Origin: an uncultured Verrucomicrobiae bacterium
Lineage (GTDB): Bacteria > Verrucomicrobiota > Verrucomicrobiia > Chthoniobacterales > UBA10450
Direction of reading: 5' to 3'
Assembly: GCA_963756875.1 (NCBI GenBank)
Contig: CAVWPA010000001.1
Location: 448,001 to 512,000, forward strand
Length of the DNA stretch: 64,000 nucleotides
A model generated the notes under the pieces. The model was not told where the DNA came from and did no database searches. It saw only the letters and a list, made by a program, of their open reading frames with translations. The first letter of the stretch is position 1. Each line of letters starts with the position of its first letter. Shown piece after piece: positions 38,014-47,103 of this stretch. Both the position numbers and the translations under genes were made by a program.

Positions 38014-40008
38014 CTAAATCGTTCCTGCCGCTCCGGCTCTTTCCCAGCCGGGATCGTGGGCCAGTGGTGCGGTGGGGATTTGTTTTTCCTTGATCAGTTC
38101 TTCCGGCGTGTATTCGGGCGGTAACGGTGGCGGTACCGGTTTTGTGGCGTGCGCGGCGAATTCCTCAGGAAATTTTTCGACAAAACTTTGGGTCGGCCAG
38201 GCGCAAGCTTCGCCGAACGCGCAAATGGTGCGTCCGGCGATGTTGTCGCCGATTGTTTTCAATGTTTTTGGATCCTCGACTACGCCACCGCCGCGCAGCA
38301 TGCGTTCGGTGATTTTTTTCATCCAAAGCGATCCTTCGCGGCACGGAGTGCATTGTCCGCACGACTCGTGCGCGTAAAATTCATTGATATTGTTCAGCAC
38401 CCAAACGACATCGCGCGAATCGTCGAGTACGATCACTCCACCCGATCCCGCCATCGAGCCGGCCGCCGCCAGCGAATCGAAATCCATGGGAATTTCATCG
38501 AGCGACATCTCTTGCTCGGCGGTCGATCCGTCAGGTTGCTTTTGTTTGATCTTAAATCTTTCGTCCGCGCGCAAAACCTTGGCCGAACTGCCGCCTGGAA
38601 TTACCGCCTTGAGCGTGCGACCCGGTCTCAAGCCGCCGGCCATGTCGTAAATGAGCTGTCCCATGGTCACCGCGCCGAGCTCGATTTCGAAATAACCGGG
38701 GCGCTGGACGTCGCCGCTGACGCAGACGATGCGTGTACCGGTGTTGTTAGGCCGGCCTAGTTGCGCGTATTTTGCGCCACCCATCGCGATGATGTGCTTC
38801 ACGGCGCAAAGCGTTTCCACGTTGTTCACGATTGTGGGACACATGTAGAGGCCAAGAACGGCCGGGAAATAGGGCGGCTTGATCCGGGGATAACCGCGCT
38901 TCCCTTCGAGCGACTCGATCAGGCCTGTTTCTTCGCCGGAAATGTAAGTCCCCGCTCCGCGATGAATGTAAACCTCGAGATCGAATCCCGTGCCAAGAAT
39001 GTTGCGACCGAGAAAATTGTGTTCGCGCGCCTCTTCGATGGCGCGTTCGAGGATTTTCGCGCCGTGAGGAAATTCTCCTCGTATAAATATGTACGCCGTT
39101 CTCGCGTTCACAGCGAAGCAGGAAATTATCATGCCTTCGAGCAGCTGATGTGGATCTTCGTGAAGGATGTAACGGTCTTTAAACGTGCCCGGCTCGGATT
39201 CGTCGGCGTTGGCAATCAGGTAGATCGGTTTCTTTTCCTCCGGTTTGATGAAACTCCATTTTACTCCGCACGGGAACCCGGCGCCGCCGCGGCCGCGCAA
39301 TCCGGAGGTTTTGACTTCGTTTACAATGTGCTCGCGCGACATGGTGAGCGCTTTGCGCAAGTCCTCGTAGCCGCCGTCGCTCAGGTAGCTGTCGATATCG
39401 GTGTTCCAATCGGAACGCCCGATGTTTTTGAAAATGAGGCGGTGCTCGAGTGGATGTGGAGGATTGCGGTAGGGCTTCTCCGGCGGTTGCGATAAGATCG
39501 ATTCCGCATTTTCCGGCTGCACCCTTTCATGCAATTCGTCGTTTACCATGCAGACTGGCGCGGTGCCGCAGCTGGCCAGGCATTCGACGAACTCGATGCT
39601 GTAATTTCCGTCCGGACTCACAGAAATGGGGTTGTGCATTCCATTGGAGCCGTTCTCGCGATTGGATTTGCGTTGGATCCCGGTTGCGGCGCGCAAGCTC
39701 TCCATCAGCTGATAACCGCCGGCCATGGCGCAGCTGAGCGTCCGGCAAACGCGGATGTGCGTTTTGCCCGCGCGCTGATGGCGAAACATGGGATAAAACG
39801 AGACCAGCTCGAGAATGTTAATTGGCTGCAGCCCGAGCTTCGCCGCGATCCAGGTTATCGCCTCATCATCGATCAGACCGAAGTGCTCCTGCCATAGATG
39901 CAGCAGGGGCATGGCCGCGCTGCGTTTGTGATCGGCCGGGTAACGCCCGATGGCCTCGTCCATTTTCCGCTCTAACTCGGCGGGAACATTTGTGCTCGTC
40001 GAGTCCAC
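38014..40008 (-). CDS. nuoF: Fused NADH-quinone oxidoreductase subunits E and F
   Basis: N-terminal NuoE (SFYPMF, CRTLSC, ECLASC), then NuoF (SGLRGRGGAGF, NADESEPG, ESCGQCTPCREG, TICAFG) in one ORF. Confidence 0.92.
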   Translation of the reverse strand: MDSTSTNVPAELERKMDEAIGRYPADHKRSAAMPLLHLWQEHFGLIDDEAITWIAAKLGLQPINILELVSFYPMFRHQRAGKTHIRVCRTLSCAMAGGYQLMESLRAATGIQRKSNRENGSNGMHNPISVSPDGNYSIEFVECLASCGTAPVCMVNDELHERVQPENAESILSQPPEKPYRNPPHPLEHRLIFKNIGRSDWNTDIDSYLSDGGYEDLRKALTMSREHIVNEVKTSGLRGRGGAGFPCGVKWSFIKPEEKKPIYLIANADESEPGTFKDRYILHEDPHQLLEGMIISCFAVNARTAYIFIRGEFPHGAKILERAIEEAREHNFLGRNILGTGFDLEVYIHRGAGTYISGEETGLIESLEGKRGYPRIKPPYFPAVLGLYMCPTIVNNVETLCAVKHIIAMGGAKYAQLGRPNNTGTRIVCVSGDVQRPGYFEIELGAVTMGQLIYDMAGGLRPGRTLKAVIPGGSSAKVLRADERFKIKQKQPDGSTAEQEMSLDEIPMDFDSLAAAGSMAGSGGVIVLDDSRDVVWVLNNINEFYAHESCGQCTPCREGSLWMKKITERMLRGGGVVEDPKTLKTIGDNIAGRTICAFGEACAWPTQSFVEKFPEEFAAHATKPVPPPLPPEYTPEELIKEKQIPTAPLAHDPGWERAGAAGTI

Positions 40009-40019
40009 GGAAAGGAAAA

Positions 40020-40310
40020 TTAGTCCGACAAAGTGCTCTGCTTCTCCGTGACCTTGTCGTCTTTAAAAACGATCGTCACCGTATCATTGTCCTGGCGGTA
40101 AACGTAGGTCGTCTTTTTCATGACAATAAAGTCCTTGTTGTCGATCGTTGTCGGCGGCCCCAAGATCGATTCGACCTGCTTTTTCGACATTCCCTCCGCT
40201 ACTTCGTCCACGTTCGCCTTGCTGAGTCGCCTGCCGGCGCAGGAGACCGCGAGCACGACCAGAAGCAGGAGAACGAATCGCGAGATGGTTCGCAAAATCG
40301 GCATGTTCAT
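40020..40310 (-). CDS. Small lipoprotein, SmpA/BamE-like domain
   Basis: Lipobox LAVSC, GMSKKQVESILGPP; ATG overlaps the nuoD stop (ATGA). Confidence 0.75.
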   Translation of the reverse strand: MNMPILRTISRFVLLLLVVLAVSCAGRRLSKANVDEVAEGMSKKQVESILGPPTTIDNKDFIVMKKTTYVYRQDNDTVTIVFKDDKVTEKQSTLSD

Positions 40311-41563
40311 CTGTCGCATTCGCCCATGACAAAGTCCAGACTTCCGAGCACGGCCGTTACGTCGCTTACCATGCAACCCGGCAGGATTTCCGGCAAGATG
40401 CTCAGGTTCACAAACGACGGCGAGCGAATCTTCAACCGGTACGGAACGCCTCCGCCTTTGCTGTTGATGTAAAAGCCGAGCTCGCCTTTTGGATTCTCCG
40501 CCGCGAAATAGACTTCACCGGGCGGCGCGTCGAGGCCTTCCGTCACAACGATGAAATGATGGATGAGCTCCTCCATCTTCGTCATCACCCGCGATTTTGG
40601 CGGCGTCATGTTTTTCCAGTCCGTCAAATTAATCGGGCCGCCTGGCAATTTGTCGATCGCCTGCCGCAAAATTCGAACGCTCTGCCGCATTTCTTCCATG
40701 CGCACCAGGTAGCGATCATAACAATCGCCCGCGCTGCCGATGACGACGTCGAAGTCGTAACGGTCGTAATCGAGGTACGGATGTTTACGCCGCAAATCGT
40801 GCTCGACGCCGCTTCCGCGCAGGTTCGGCCCGGAAAGCGCGTAGGCAATCGCGCGGTCTTTCGAAATTATCCCCACGTCTTTTGTGCGATCGACGAAAAT
40901 GCGGTTCCGGCTCAGCAGTTTGTCGCATTCGTCGAGGCTTGGCTCAAAATCGTCCAGGAACTTTTGCAGTTGCGGAATAAACCGTTCCGGCAGATCGCGG
41001 ATCTGCCCGCCGACCCGCGTGTAGGAGGTGGTAAAGCGCGCTCCGGTTAGCAGCTCGAACAGGTTGTAGAGCTTTTCGCGTTCGGTGAACGTGTAAAGAA
41101 ATACTGTCATGGCGCCGAGATCGAGCGCCATGGCGCCGACCCCGATCAGGTGCGACGAGATCCGCGATGTTTCGCAGCAGATGGTGCGGATGGTCTTGCC
41201 GCGCGGCGGAATCTCCCAGCCCATGAGTTTTTCCACAGCAAGCGCGTAGGCGACATTGTTTGAAAGCGGTGCGAGATAATCGAGCCGGTCGGTGTACGGC
41301 ACGAACTGGTTGTACTGCATGTTTTCAGCGATCTTCTCGTCGCCGCGATGCAAAAACCCGACGTCGGGTGTCGCCTTGGTGATGGTTTCGCCATCGAGTT
41401 CGAGCACCAGCCGCAAAACACCATGCGTCGCGGGATGGGACGGGCCCATGTTCAAGACCATCTTCTCGCCGATATCGTCGTCGGCGTGACGCAGCTTCGC
41501 ATCGGCCGCAACCACTCGCGTCACCGGATCAGGCGATTCAATTTCACGCACCGTGAAAGCCAT
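40307..41563 (-). CDS. nuoD: NADH-quinone oxidoreductase subunit D
   Basis: LNMGPSHPATHGVLR, GFLHRG, DRLDY, ENPKGE, SLDFVMGECDR. Confidence 0.97.
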   Translation of the reverse strand: MAFTVREIESPDPVTRVVAADAKLRHADDDIGEKMVLNMGPSHPATHGVLRLVLELDGETITKATPDVGFLHRGDEKIAENMQYNQFVPYTDRLDYLAPLSNNVAYALAVEKLMGWEIPPRGKTIRTICCETSRISSHLIGVGAMALDLGAMTVFLYTFTEREKLYNLFELLTGARFTTSYTRVGGQIRDLPERFIPQLQKFLDDFEPSLDECDKLLSRNRIFVDRTKDVGIISKDRAIAYALSGPNLRGSGVEHDLRRKHPYLDYDRYDFDVVIGSAGDCYDRYLVRMEEMRQSVRILRQAIDKLPGGPINLTDWKNMTPPKSRVMTKMEELIHHFIVVTEGLDAPPGEVYFAAENPKGELGFYINSKGGGVPYRLKIRSPSFVNLSILPEILPGCMVSDVTAVLGSLDFVMGECDR

Positions 41564-41782
41564 AGGAAGGTTAAATGCTAAAAGGGTTACAACGTTAAAA
41601 CGAAACTGGCGATTGCTTTTACGCTGGCGAGTCAACCACCGCGTGCAAGCAAATTTCGATTTTACCGGGTAGCGTACGCGTCGGCGCTTTTCTGATCTCT
41701 GGGGAACATGGGCTGGCAGCCTGTGCTCCCCGGAAACACGATCCTGCTCGCGCTGGTAAAAGAACGCGATTAATTAATCGGC

Positions 41783-42709
41783 ATGCAAAAGAAGATCGGT
41801 CTGCTCTTTGCCGGGCAAGGTGCGCAAGTTGTCGGGATGGGAAAGGAGTTGGCGGAAGAGTTTCCTGTCGCCGCGGAATTGTTCAGGCAGGCGGATGAAA
41901 TTCTCGGCCGGAAGCTGAGCGAGATCGCATGGAATGGGCCGATTGAGGAGCTAACCAAGACCTCGAACTGTCAGCCGGCATTGTTCGTACACGGCCTTGC
42001 TGGTCTTGCGGTCTTGCGCGAGCTGGCGGGTGAATTCCCTATTGCCGGCGGGGCGGGCCTGTCGTTGGGCGAAATGACGGCGCATGCCGCGGCTGGAACG
42101 TTTGATTTTGCAAACGGACTGACGCTTGTGCAAAAGCGCGGCCAATTCATGGATGAAGCCTGCGAGAAAACTTCGGGAGCCATGGCTGCGATGATCGGGG
42201 CTGATGAAAGCGCCGTACGGGCGCTGGCCGCGGATGCGGACGTCGATGTGGCAAACATCAACGCACCGGGACAGATCGTGATTTCAGGGGAACGGGCAAA
42301 AGTGGAGATTGCTGTCGGTCTCGCCAGGGAACACGGGATTCGACGCGCGACTTTATTGAATGTGGCGGGCGCTTATCATTCGCGTTTGATGGAGAGCGCG
42401 TACGGAAAATTGGGCGAAGCACTTCGCGAAGTGCCGTTGCAGACCCCGCGATTCCCAGTTGTCAGCAATGTCACCGGCCGCGAAGTAAAAACGCCCGAGG
42501 AAATCCGGAGAACGTTGCAAGATCAAGTGACAGGCACGGTGCGTTGGACTGATTGCATGGAGCGATTGATCGCTCTCGGTTGCGACTTCTTCGTCGAGCT
42601 CGGGCCTGGTGGCGTGCTGGGTAGCTTATTGAAACGCATTCGAAAAGATGCCGATATTGCCTCGGTGAGCGACCCCGGGTCGGTCCGCGACTGTATCGAA
42701 CGGATTTAG
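41783..42709 (+). CDS. fabD: Malonyl CoA-ACP transacylase
   Basis: FAGQGAQ, QPAL, GLSLGE, ANINAPGQ, AYHS, VELGPG. Confidence 0.95.
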   Translation: MQKKIGLLFAGQGAQVVGMGKELAEEFPVAAELFRQADEILGRKLSEIAWNGPIEELTKTSNCQPALFVHGLAGLAVLRELAGEFPIAGGAGLSLGEMTAHAAAGTFDFANGLTLVQKRGQFMDEACEKTSGAMAAMIGADESAVRALAADADVDVANINAPGQIVISGERAKVEIAVGLAREHGIRRATLLNVAGAYHSRLMESAYGKLGEALREVPLQTPRFPVVSNVTGREVKTPEEIRRTLQDQVTGTVRWTDCMERLIALGCDFFVELGPGGVLGSLLKRIRKDADIASVSDPGSVRDCIERI

Positions 42710-42767
42710 CATGCTACGAAATCCGACAGGTAATTCAGGTTGGTGACCGGGAGGTCCCGTTTTCCTT

Positions 42768-44555
42768 GTGCGAGTGGCGCCTCTCACGACCCAGGTTTCA
42801 GATCCGGAATCTTCTGCTGCATTCTGGCGTTGCTCGCCGCTCTTGCGACGTGGCCGCGATTACTTCGGCGTGCCGGGGTCGTTGGAGTTCGTCCTCGCGA
42901 TGACGCTCCTCCTGTTCCTGATCGCGATAAAGATTCTGAACCTTTTTCATCAACGCTTCGACAGCGATGAACCGCAGCATCTTCACGTCATTTGGGGCTG
43001 GACGCAGGGACTCGTCCAATACCGGGACACCTTCGATAACCATATGCCGCTGTTTCAGATCATGCTGGCCCCGATCGTTGGATTGATTGGTGAACGGGCG
43101 ACGATTCTCTACTGGGCGCGGTTCCTCGTCTTTCCGATGTATCTCGTCGCGGCCTGGTGCACTTACCAGATTGGGACTGTGCTTTTTTCCCGGCGCGTGG
43201 GCCTTTGGTCGTTTATCGCGGTGGGCTGCTATCCAGCTTATTACTCCGTTACGTCGGAGTTTCGTACCGATAATCTCTGGGCACCTCTCTGGTTGCTGTG
43301 TGTGCTGGTCCTGATCCGTGGCGCAATGAACGTGCGCCGCGCACTCGTCGCGGGTCTTCTTCTGGGGTTGTGCTTCGGCGTTTCCATGAAATCGACAGTT
43401 TTCCTGCTGGCATTGCTTGTGAGCGTTCCTTTGGCACTTATTTTGGTCGGCCCCAGGAGATTGAATGTGTCCGGAAGTTATCTTGCCCGGTGCGCCGCGG
43501 TGTTTCTTGCCGCGACTGTTCTGATTCCCGCGGTGATTGCCGCCTTCTTCGCGCTCAAAGGAGTTTGGCGCGATTTTTGGTACGGCGTTTTTGGACACCA
43601 GCTGACCTCGAGTCTTTACGAGAAGAAACAGATCGTGTTTTTGATCCTCTCCCTGGTTCTGTTCCCCGCGGTTGCTTATGCAGCGCGCCGGGTGGCCATG
43701 GCCACCTCGGATCCTCATCTCGCTTTTCGTCGCGGGTTTATCTTACTGGTCGCTTCTTCTTATTTTCTGATTCTAAGAGGCTTCTGGCCCGTACTCTCCC
43801 ATGACGACTATCCGCCACTCCATCCGCTGGTCTTTGTCCTGTTGGTCGGTTCTTTGTTTGCCTTTTCCGACAAGCTGCTCCGCTCCGGTTGGCGCGTCGG
43901 GAGAATGTTTCGGTCAGTGCCGGCGGCCGGATTCATCGTAGTCGCGGAGTTGCTGCTCCTGATAGGGATGCGGCCGTTCTGGGTCGACAAAACCCGGGAT
44001 GAAATCAATCTGGTTCGCGACGTCCTCGTGTTGACGACACCTCGCGATTACGTTTTCGATTGCAAAGGAGAAACAATTTTCCGCCAGCGATGTTTTCGTC
44101 CCGTTCTGGAAACGATCACCATAAAGCGCATCCAGCACGGACTCATGCCGGATACCATTGCGCAGGATTGCATCAGAACCGGCACCTGCGTGGCTGCGAT
44201 ACTGAAGACAGAGACCTACAGATTACCGACTGGTGCGCTCCAATTCATAAAGCGAAATTATTTACCTGTGGCGGATAACCTGCGCGTCGCCGGTATGGTA
44301 CTGACACCATCAACGAATAATCCGCGCCGGTGCGATTTCGAGGTGGTCATTCCTGCCAGCTACGAGATCATTTCCCAGGGCCAGGCTGTGTCGGGAACGC
44401 TGGATGGCTCTCCATACAACGGCGCACGATTTCTGCCCGCGGGTCCGCACATGCTTGAGACAAACATGGGAGCGAACGATCTCGTTCTCTTATGGGCGCA
44501 GGCAGTCGATCGGCACTTCACGTCATTTTACCGTCATACTTTGTCTGACAGGTAA
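42768..44555 (+). CDS. GT-C fold membrane glycosyltransferase (ArnT/PMT-like)
   Basis: DSDEPQHLH..W...GLVQYRDTFDNHMPL, EFRTD, multiple TM segments. Start uncertain. Confidence 0.75.
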   Translation: MRVAPLTTQVSDPESSAAFWRCSPLLRRGRDYFGVPGSLEFVLAMTLLLFLIAIKILNLFHQRFDSDEPQHLHVIWGWTQGLVQYRDTFDNHMPLFQIMLAPIVGLIGERATILYWARFLVFPMYLVAAWCTYQIGTVLFSRRVGLWSFIAVGCYPAYYSVTSEFRTDNLWAPLWLLCVLVLIRGAMNVRRALVAGLLLGLCFGVSMKSTVFLLALLVSVPLALILVGPRRLNVSGSYLARCAAVFLAATVLIPAVIAAFFALKGVWRDFWYGVFGHQLTSSLYEKKQIVFLILSLVLFPAVAYAARRVAMATSDPHLAFRRGFILLVASSYFLILRGFWPVLSHDDYPPLHPLVFVLLVGSLFAFSDKLLRSGWRVGRMFRSVPAAGFIVVAELLLLIGMRPFWVDKTRDEINLVRDVLVLTTPRDYVFDCKGETIFRQRCFRPVLETITIKRIQHGLMPDTIAQDCIRTGTCVAAILKTETYRLPTGALQFIKRNYLPVADNLRVAGMVLTPSTNNPRRCDFEVVIPASYEIISQGQAVSGTLDGSPYNGARFLPAGPHMLETNMGANDLVLLWAQAVDRHFTSFYRHTLSDR

Positions 44556-44617
44556 TTGTGTTGCCGCCCGTCCTTGTTTCCATCTATTAACGGGAGTTGC
44601 GGCGTATAAAACTTACG

Positions 44618-45721
44618 ATGTTTCAATCAACCTCGAGATTACTGCTGGTTGCGCCGCACCCGGATGACGAAGCGCTTGCTTGCAGCGTCGTTTTGCAACA
44701 GGCGGTTCGGGCCGGAGCTGCTGTGTGCGTGGTTTATGCCACGGACGGAGACGACAATCCCTGGCCACAGCGGGTTTTGGAACGCAAGTGGCGATTGAAT
44801 TCAGTTGACCGCAGGCGATGGGGAAGGCTGCGGCGTGCAGAGGCGCTCGCGGCGCTGCGCGTCCTCGGCGTGGATCCATCAACGACTTGCTTTCTCGGCC
44901 TGCCGGACCAAAAACTGACAGCTTTGCTGGTGCGAGATTGCGAATCGGTTCTTCAGAGGCTTTCGGAAATCATCGGCGAATTTGGTCCCACCCATCTTCT
45001 CGTTCCTTCGATTTCCGATACGCATCCCGATCACAGCGCCTTGGCGGTGATGCTTCGGCTGGTTTTGGGCGAGCTCTTTTCAGACGAAGCGGTCATGTCC
45101 ATATGGAGCTATGCCGTGCACGGCACAAGTTCCGCGTTCCTCGATCGCGCGCATGCGGTTCGACAATCAGACGTTGAAACAGCGACCAAGATTCGGGCGA
45201 TTCGTTGTCATAAAACCCAGATCAAGTTATCGAACAAACGCTTCCTTGGTTATGCCGCGCGGCCTGAGCGCCTGGTGAAGTTAGGCAGATTGGAAGCGAT
45301 CGTGTCCGATGGTTGCATTCGCTCACTCTCCAGGCAATCGCACATTCTTCGCCTGACCCTTCGGCTTTCCGTGAAGCCGACTGCGACGGAGCCGGAGCTT
45401 CTTGTTCTGGGCCACGATGAAAGCGGCGCGTTGCGTTGTGCCACGCTGCAACTGCCCGCGCGGCCTTCGCGTGTTGAAATGCGGGATTGCATTACTGGAA
45501 CGCGGCTCGGGATTGCGCGATATCGCGGAAACGCGTTCGCCGCCGAACTCTCAATTCCTGTCGAAATCTTTTCACCTGCTCGCGAGCTTTTCGTTAAACT
45601 CAAGCGACGCGCTTGGTTCTTTGACGAGGCCGGTTGGCTGGAAGTTCCGGCGGCTCGCGTCGAACGGGTCGCCACGCCGAGACGCGGTCTGGTCGAAGAA
45701 AGCCCGCTGGTTCTTCGTTAG
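44618..45721 (+). CDS. PIG-L/LmbE family deacetylase
   Basis: APHPDDE, ATDGD, RRAEA, DTHPDH, HKTQ. Confidence 0.88.
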   Translation: MFQSTSRLLLVAPHPDDEALACSVVLQQAVRAGAAVCVVYATDGDDNPWPQRVLERKWRLNSVDRRRWGRLRRAEALAALRVLGVDPSTTCFLGLPDQKLTALLVRDCESVLQRLSEIIGEFGPTHLLVPSISDTHPDHSALAVMLRLVLGELFSDEAVMSIWSYAVHGTSSAFLDRAHAVRQSDVETATKIRAIRCHKTQIKLSNKRFLGYAARPERLVKLGRLEAIVSDGCIRSLSRQSHILRLTLRLSVKPTATEPELLVLGHDESGALRCATLQLPARPSRVEMRDCITGTRLGIARYRGNAFAAELSIPVEIFSPARELFVKLKRRAWFFDEAGWLEVPAARVERVATPRRGLVEESPLVLR

Positions 45722-45848
45722 GCTGTAGCCGTTCGCTCTGCGAAGCGTTGCGCCAATGTATTTGGGCAGCCGCCAGTGTAGTGTTGTGTTGCGGCGAGGC
45801 GATGCCTGCAATATCGACAACCGCATTCGGACGTTTTAACTTCTGCGC

Positions 45849-46301
45849 GTGAATCTTTCCCAACGTATTGATGAAGACCTGAAGGAGGCGATGCGTGCGA
45901 AAAACGCGATCAAACTCGGCGTTCTCCGCATGCTCAAATCGGCGCTCAAATATGCGGCGATCGAAAAATCGGGCAGCGAAGCCGATCTGAACGACGCCGA
46001 AGCCACGCAAGTCCTCCGCAAACAGGCGAAGCAACGCCAGGATTCGATCGAAAGCTTCGAGAAAGGCGGTCGCGCCGAACTGGCGGCAAAGGAAAAGGAA
46101 GAACTCTCGATCTTGCAGTCGTATTTGCCGCAGGCGATGAGCGCGGAAGAGCTCGCGAAGGTTGTCCGCGAAACCATTGCCGAAACCAGCGCTACTTCAA
46201 AAGCGCAAATGGGTGCGGTCATGAAAGCATTGCAGACAAAAGTTGCCGGCCGCGCCGATGGCAAGACGCTGAGCGCGGAAGTACAGAAACAGCTGCAATG
46301 A
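45849..46301 (+). CDS. GatB/YqeY domain protein
   Basis: DLKEAMRAK, KQRQDSIESF..GGR, YLPQ, MGAVMK, GRADGK. Confidence 0.93.
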   Translation: MNLSQRIDEDLKEAMRAKNAIKLGVLRMLKSALKYAAIEKSGSEADLNDAEATQVLRKQAKQRQDSIESFEKGGRAELAAKEKEELSILQSYLPQAMSAEELAKVVRETIAETSATSKAQMGAVMKALQTKVAGRADGKTLSAEVQKQLQ

Positions 46302-46399
46302 AGCAAAGGCCGAACGCCCAACGCCGAACGCCCAACGCCCAACTCAGACGATCCGGGTTCGAAATTGGACGTTGGACGTTGGACGTTCGGCGTTTGCTT
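46301..46399. repeat. Empty inverted heptamer cassette (AACGCCS / TTGGACG)
   Basis: aagcaaaggccgaacgcccaacgccgaacgcccaacgcccaa ... ttggacgttggacgttggacgttcggcgtttgctt. Confidence 0.8.
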
Positions 46400-46407
46400 T
46401 GTTCCCC

Positions 46408-47094
46408 ATGCTAACTGCCATCCTCGTCGCCGCAGGCAGCAGTCGCCGCATGGGTTTCGACAAGCTCTTTTCTGTCATCGCCGGCAAGCCGGTAATCGCG
46501 CATACCATTGAGGCCTTCGAACGCACTCAGTCTGTAGGCGGTATCATCATCGTCGCGCGCGAAGATCGGCACGGCGAATTTGAGCAACTCGTGCGCGACC
46601 AGAAATGGCGAAAGATTGAAGCGCTGGTCGGCGGCGGCGAGCATCGTCATGATTCGGTACGCGCAGGCCTGAAACGACTGAACGCTGACGCGATGTATGT
46701 TGCTGTGCACGATGCCGCGCGTCCGCTGATTACGCCGGAACAAATCGAGCGCGTTTACGAGGCCAGCCGGAGTAGCGGCGCGGCGACACTTGCCGAGCCG
46801 GTAGCCGACACGCTCAAGCGCGCCGATGTAAATCTCGTGGTAAGCGGTTCGGTTGATCGACATCAGCTCTACGCGATGCAAACCCCGCAGATCTTCGAGC
46901 GCCAGTTACTCGAGAAGGCTTATCGCGCCGTCAGCGAGAAGAAGATTTCGGTTACCGATGAAGTCTCCGCGGTCGAGCTTCTGGATCACAAAATCGCCCT
47001 GGTCGTGAACGACGATTTCAATTTCAAGATCACCTACCCGCGCGACCTGGCATTGGCCGAATTTGTTCTTCGGCAAAGGACGGCCGGGGGATAA
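46408..47094 (+). CDS. ispD: 2-C-methyl-D-erythritol 4-phosphate cytidylyltransferase
   Basis: AAGSSRRMG..K, GGEHRHDSV, VHDAARP, QTPQ, TDE, NFKITYPRD. Confidence 0.95.
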   Translation: MLTAILVAAGSSRRMGFDKLFSVIAGKPVIAHTIEAFERTQSVGGIIIVAREDRHGEFEQLVRDQKWRKIEALVGGGEHRHDSVRAGLKRLNADAMYVAVHDAARPLITPEQIERVYEASRSSGAATLAEPVADTLKRADVNLVVSGSVDRHQLYAMQTPQIFERQLLEKAYRAVSEKKISVTDEVSAVELLDHKIALVVNDDFNFKITYPRDLALAEFVLRQRTAGG

Positions 47095-47103
47095 AATTCC
47101 GAC

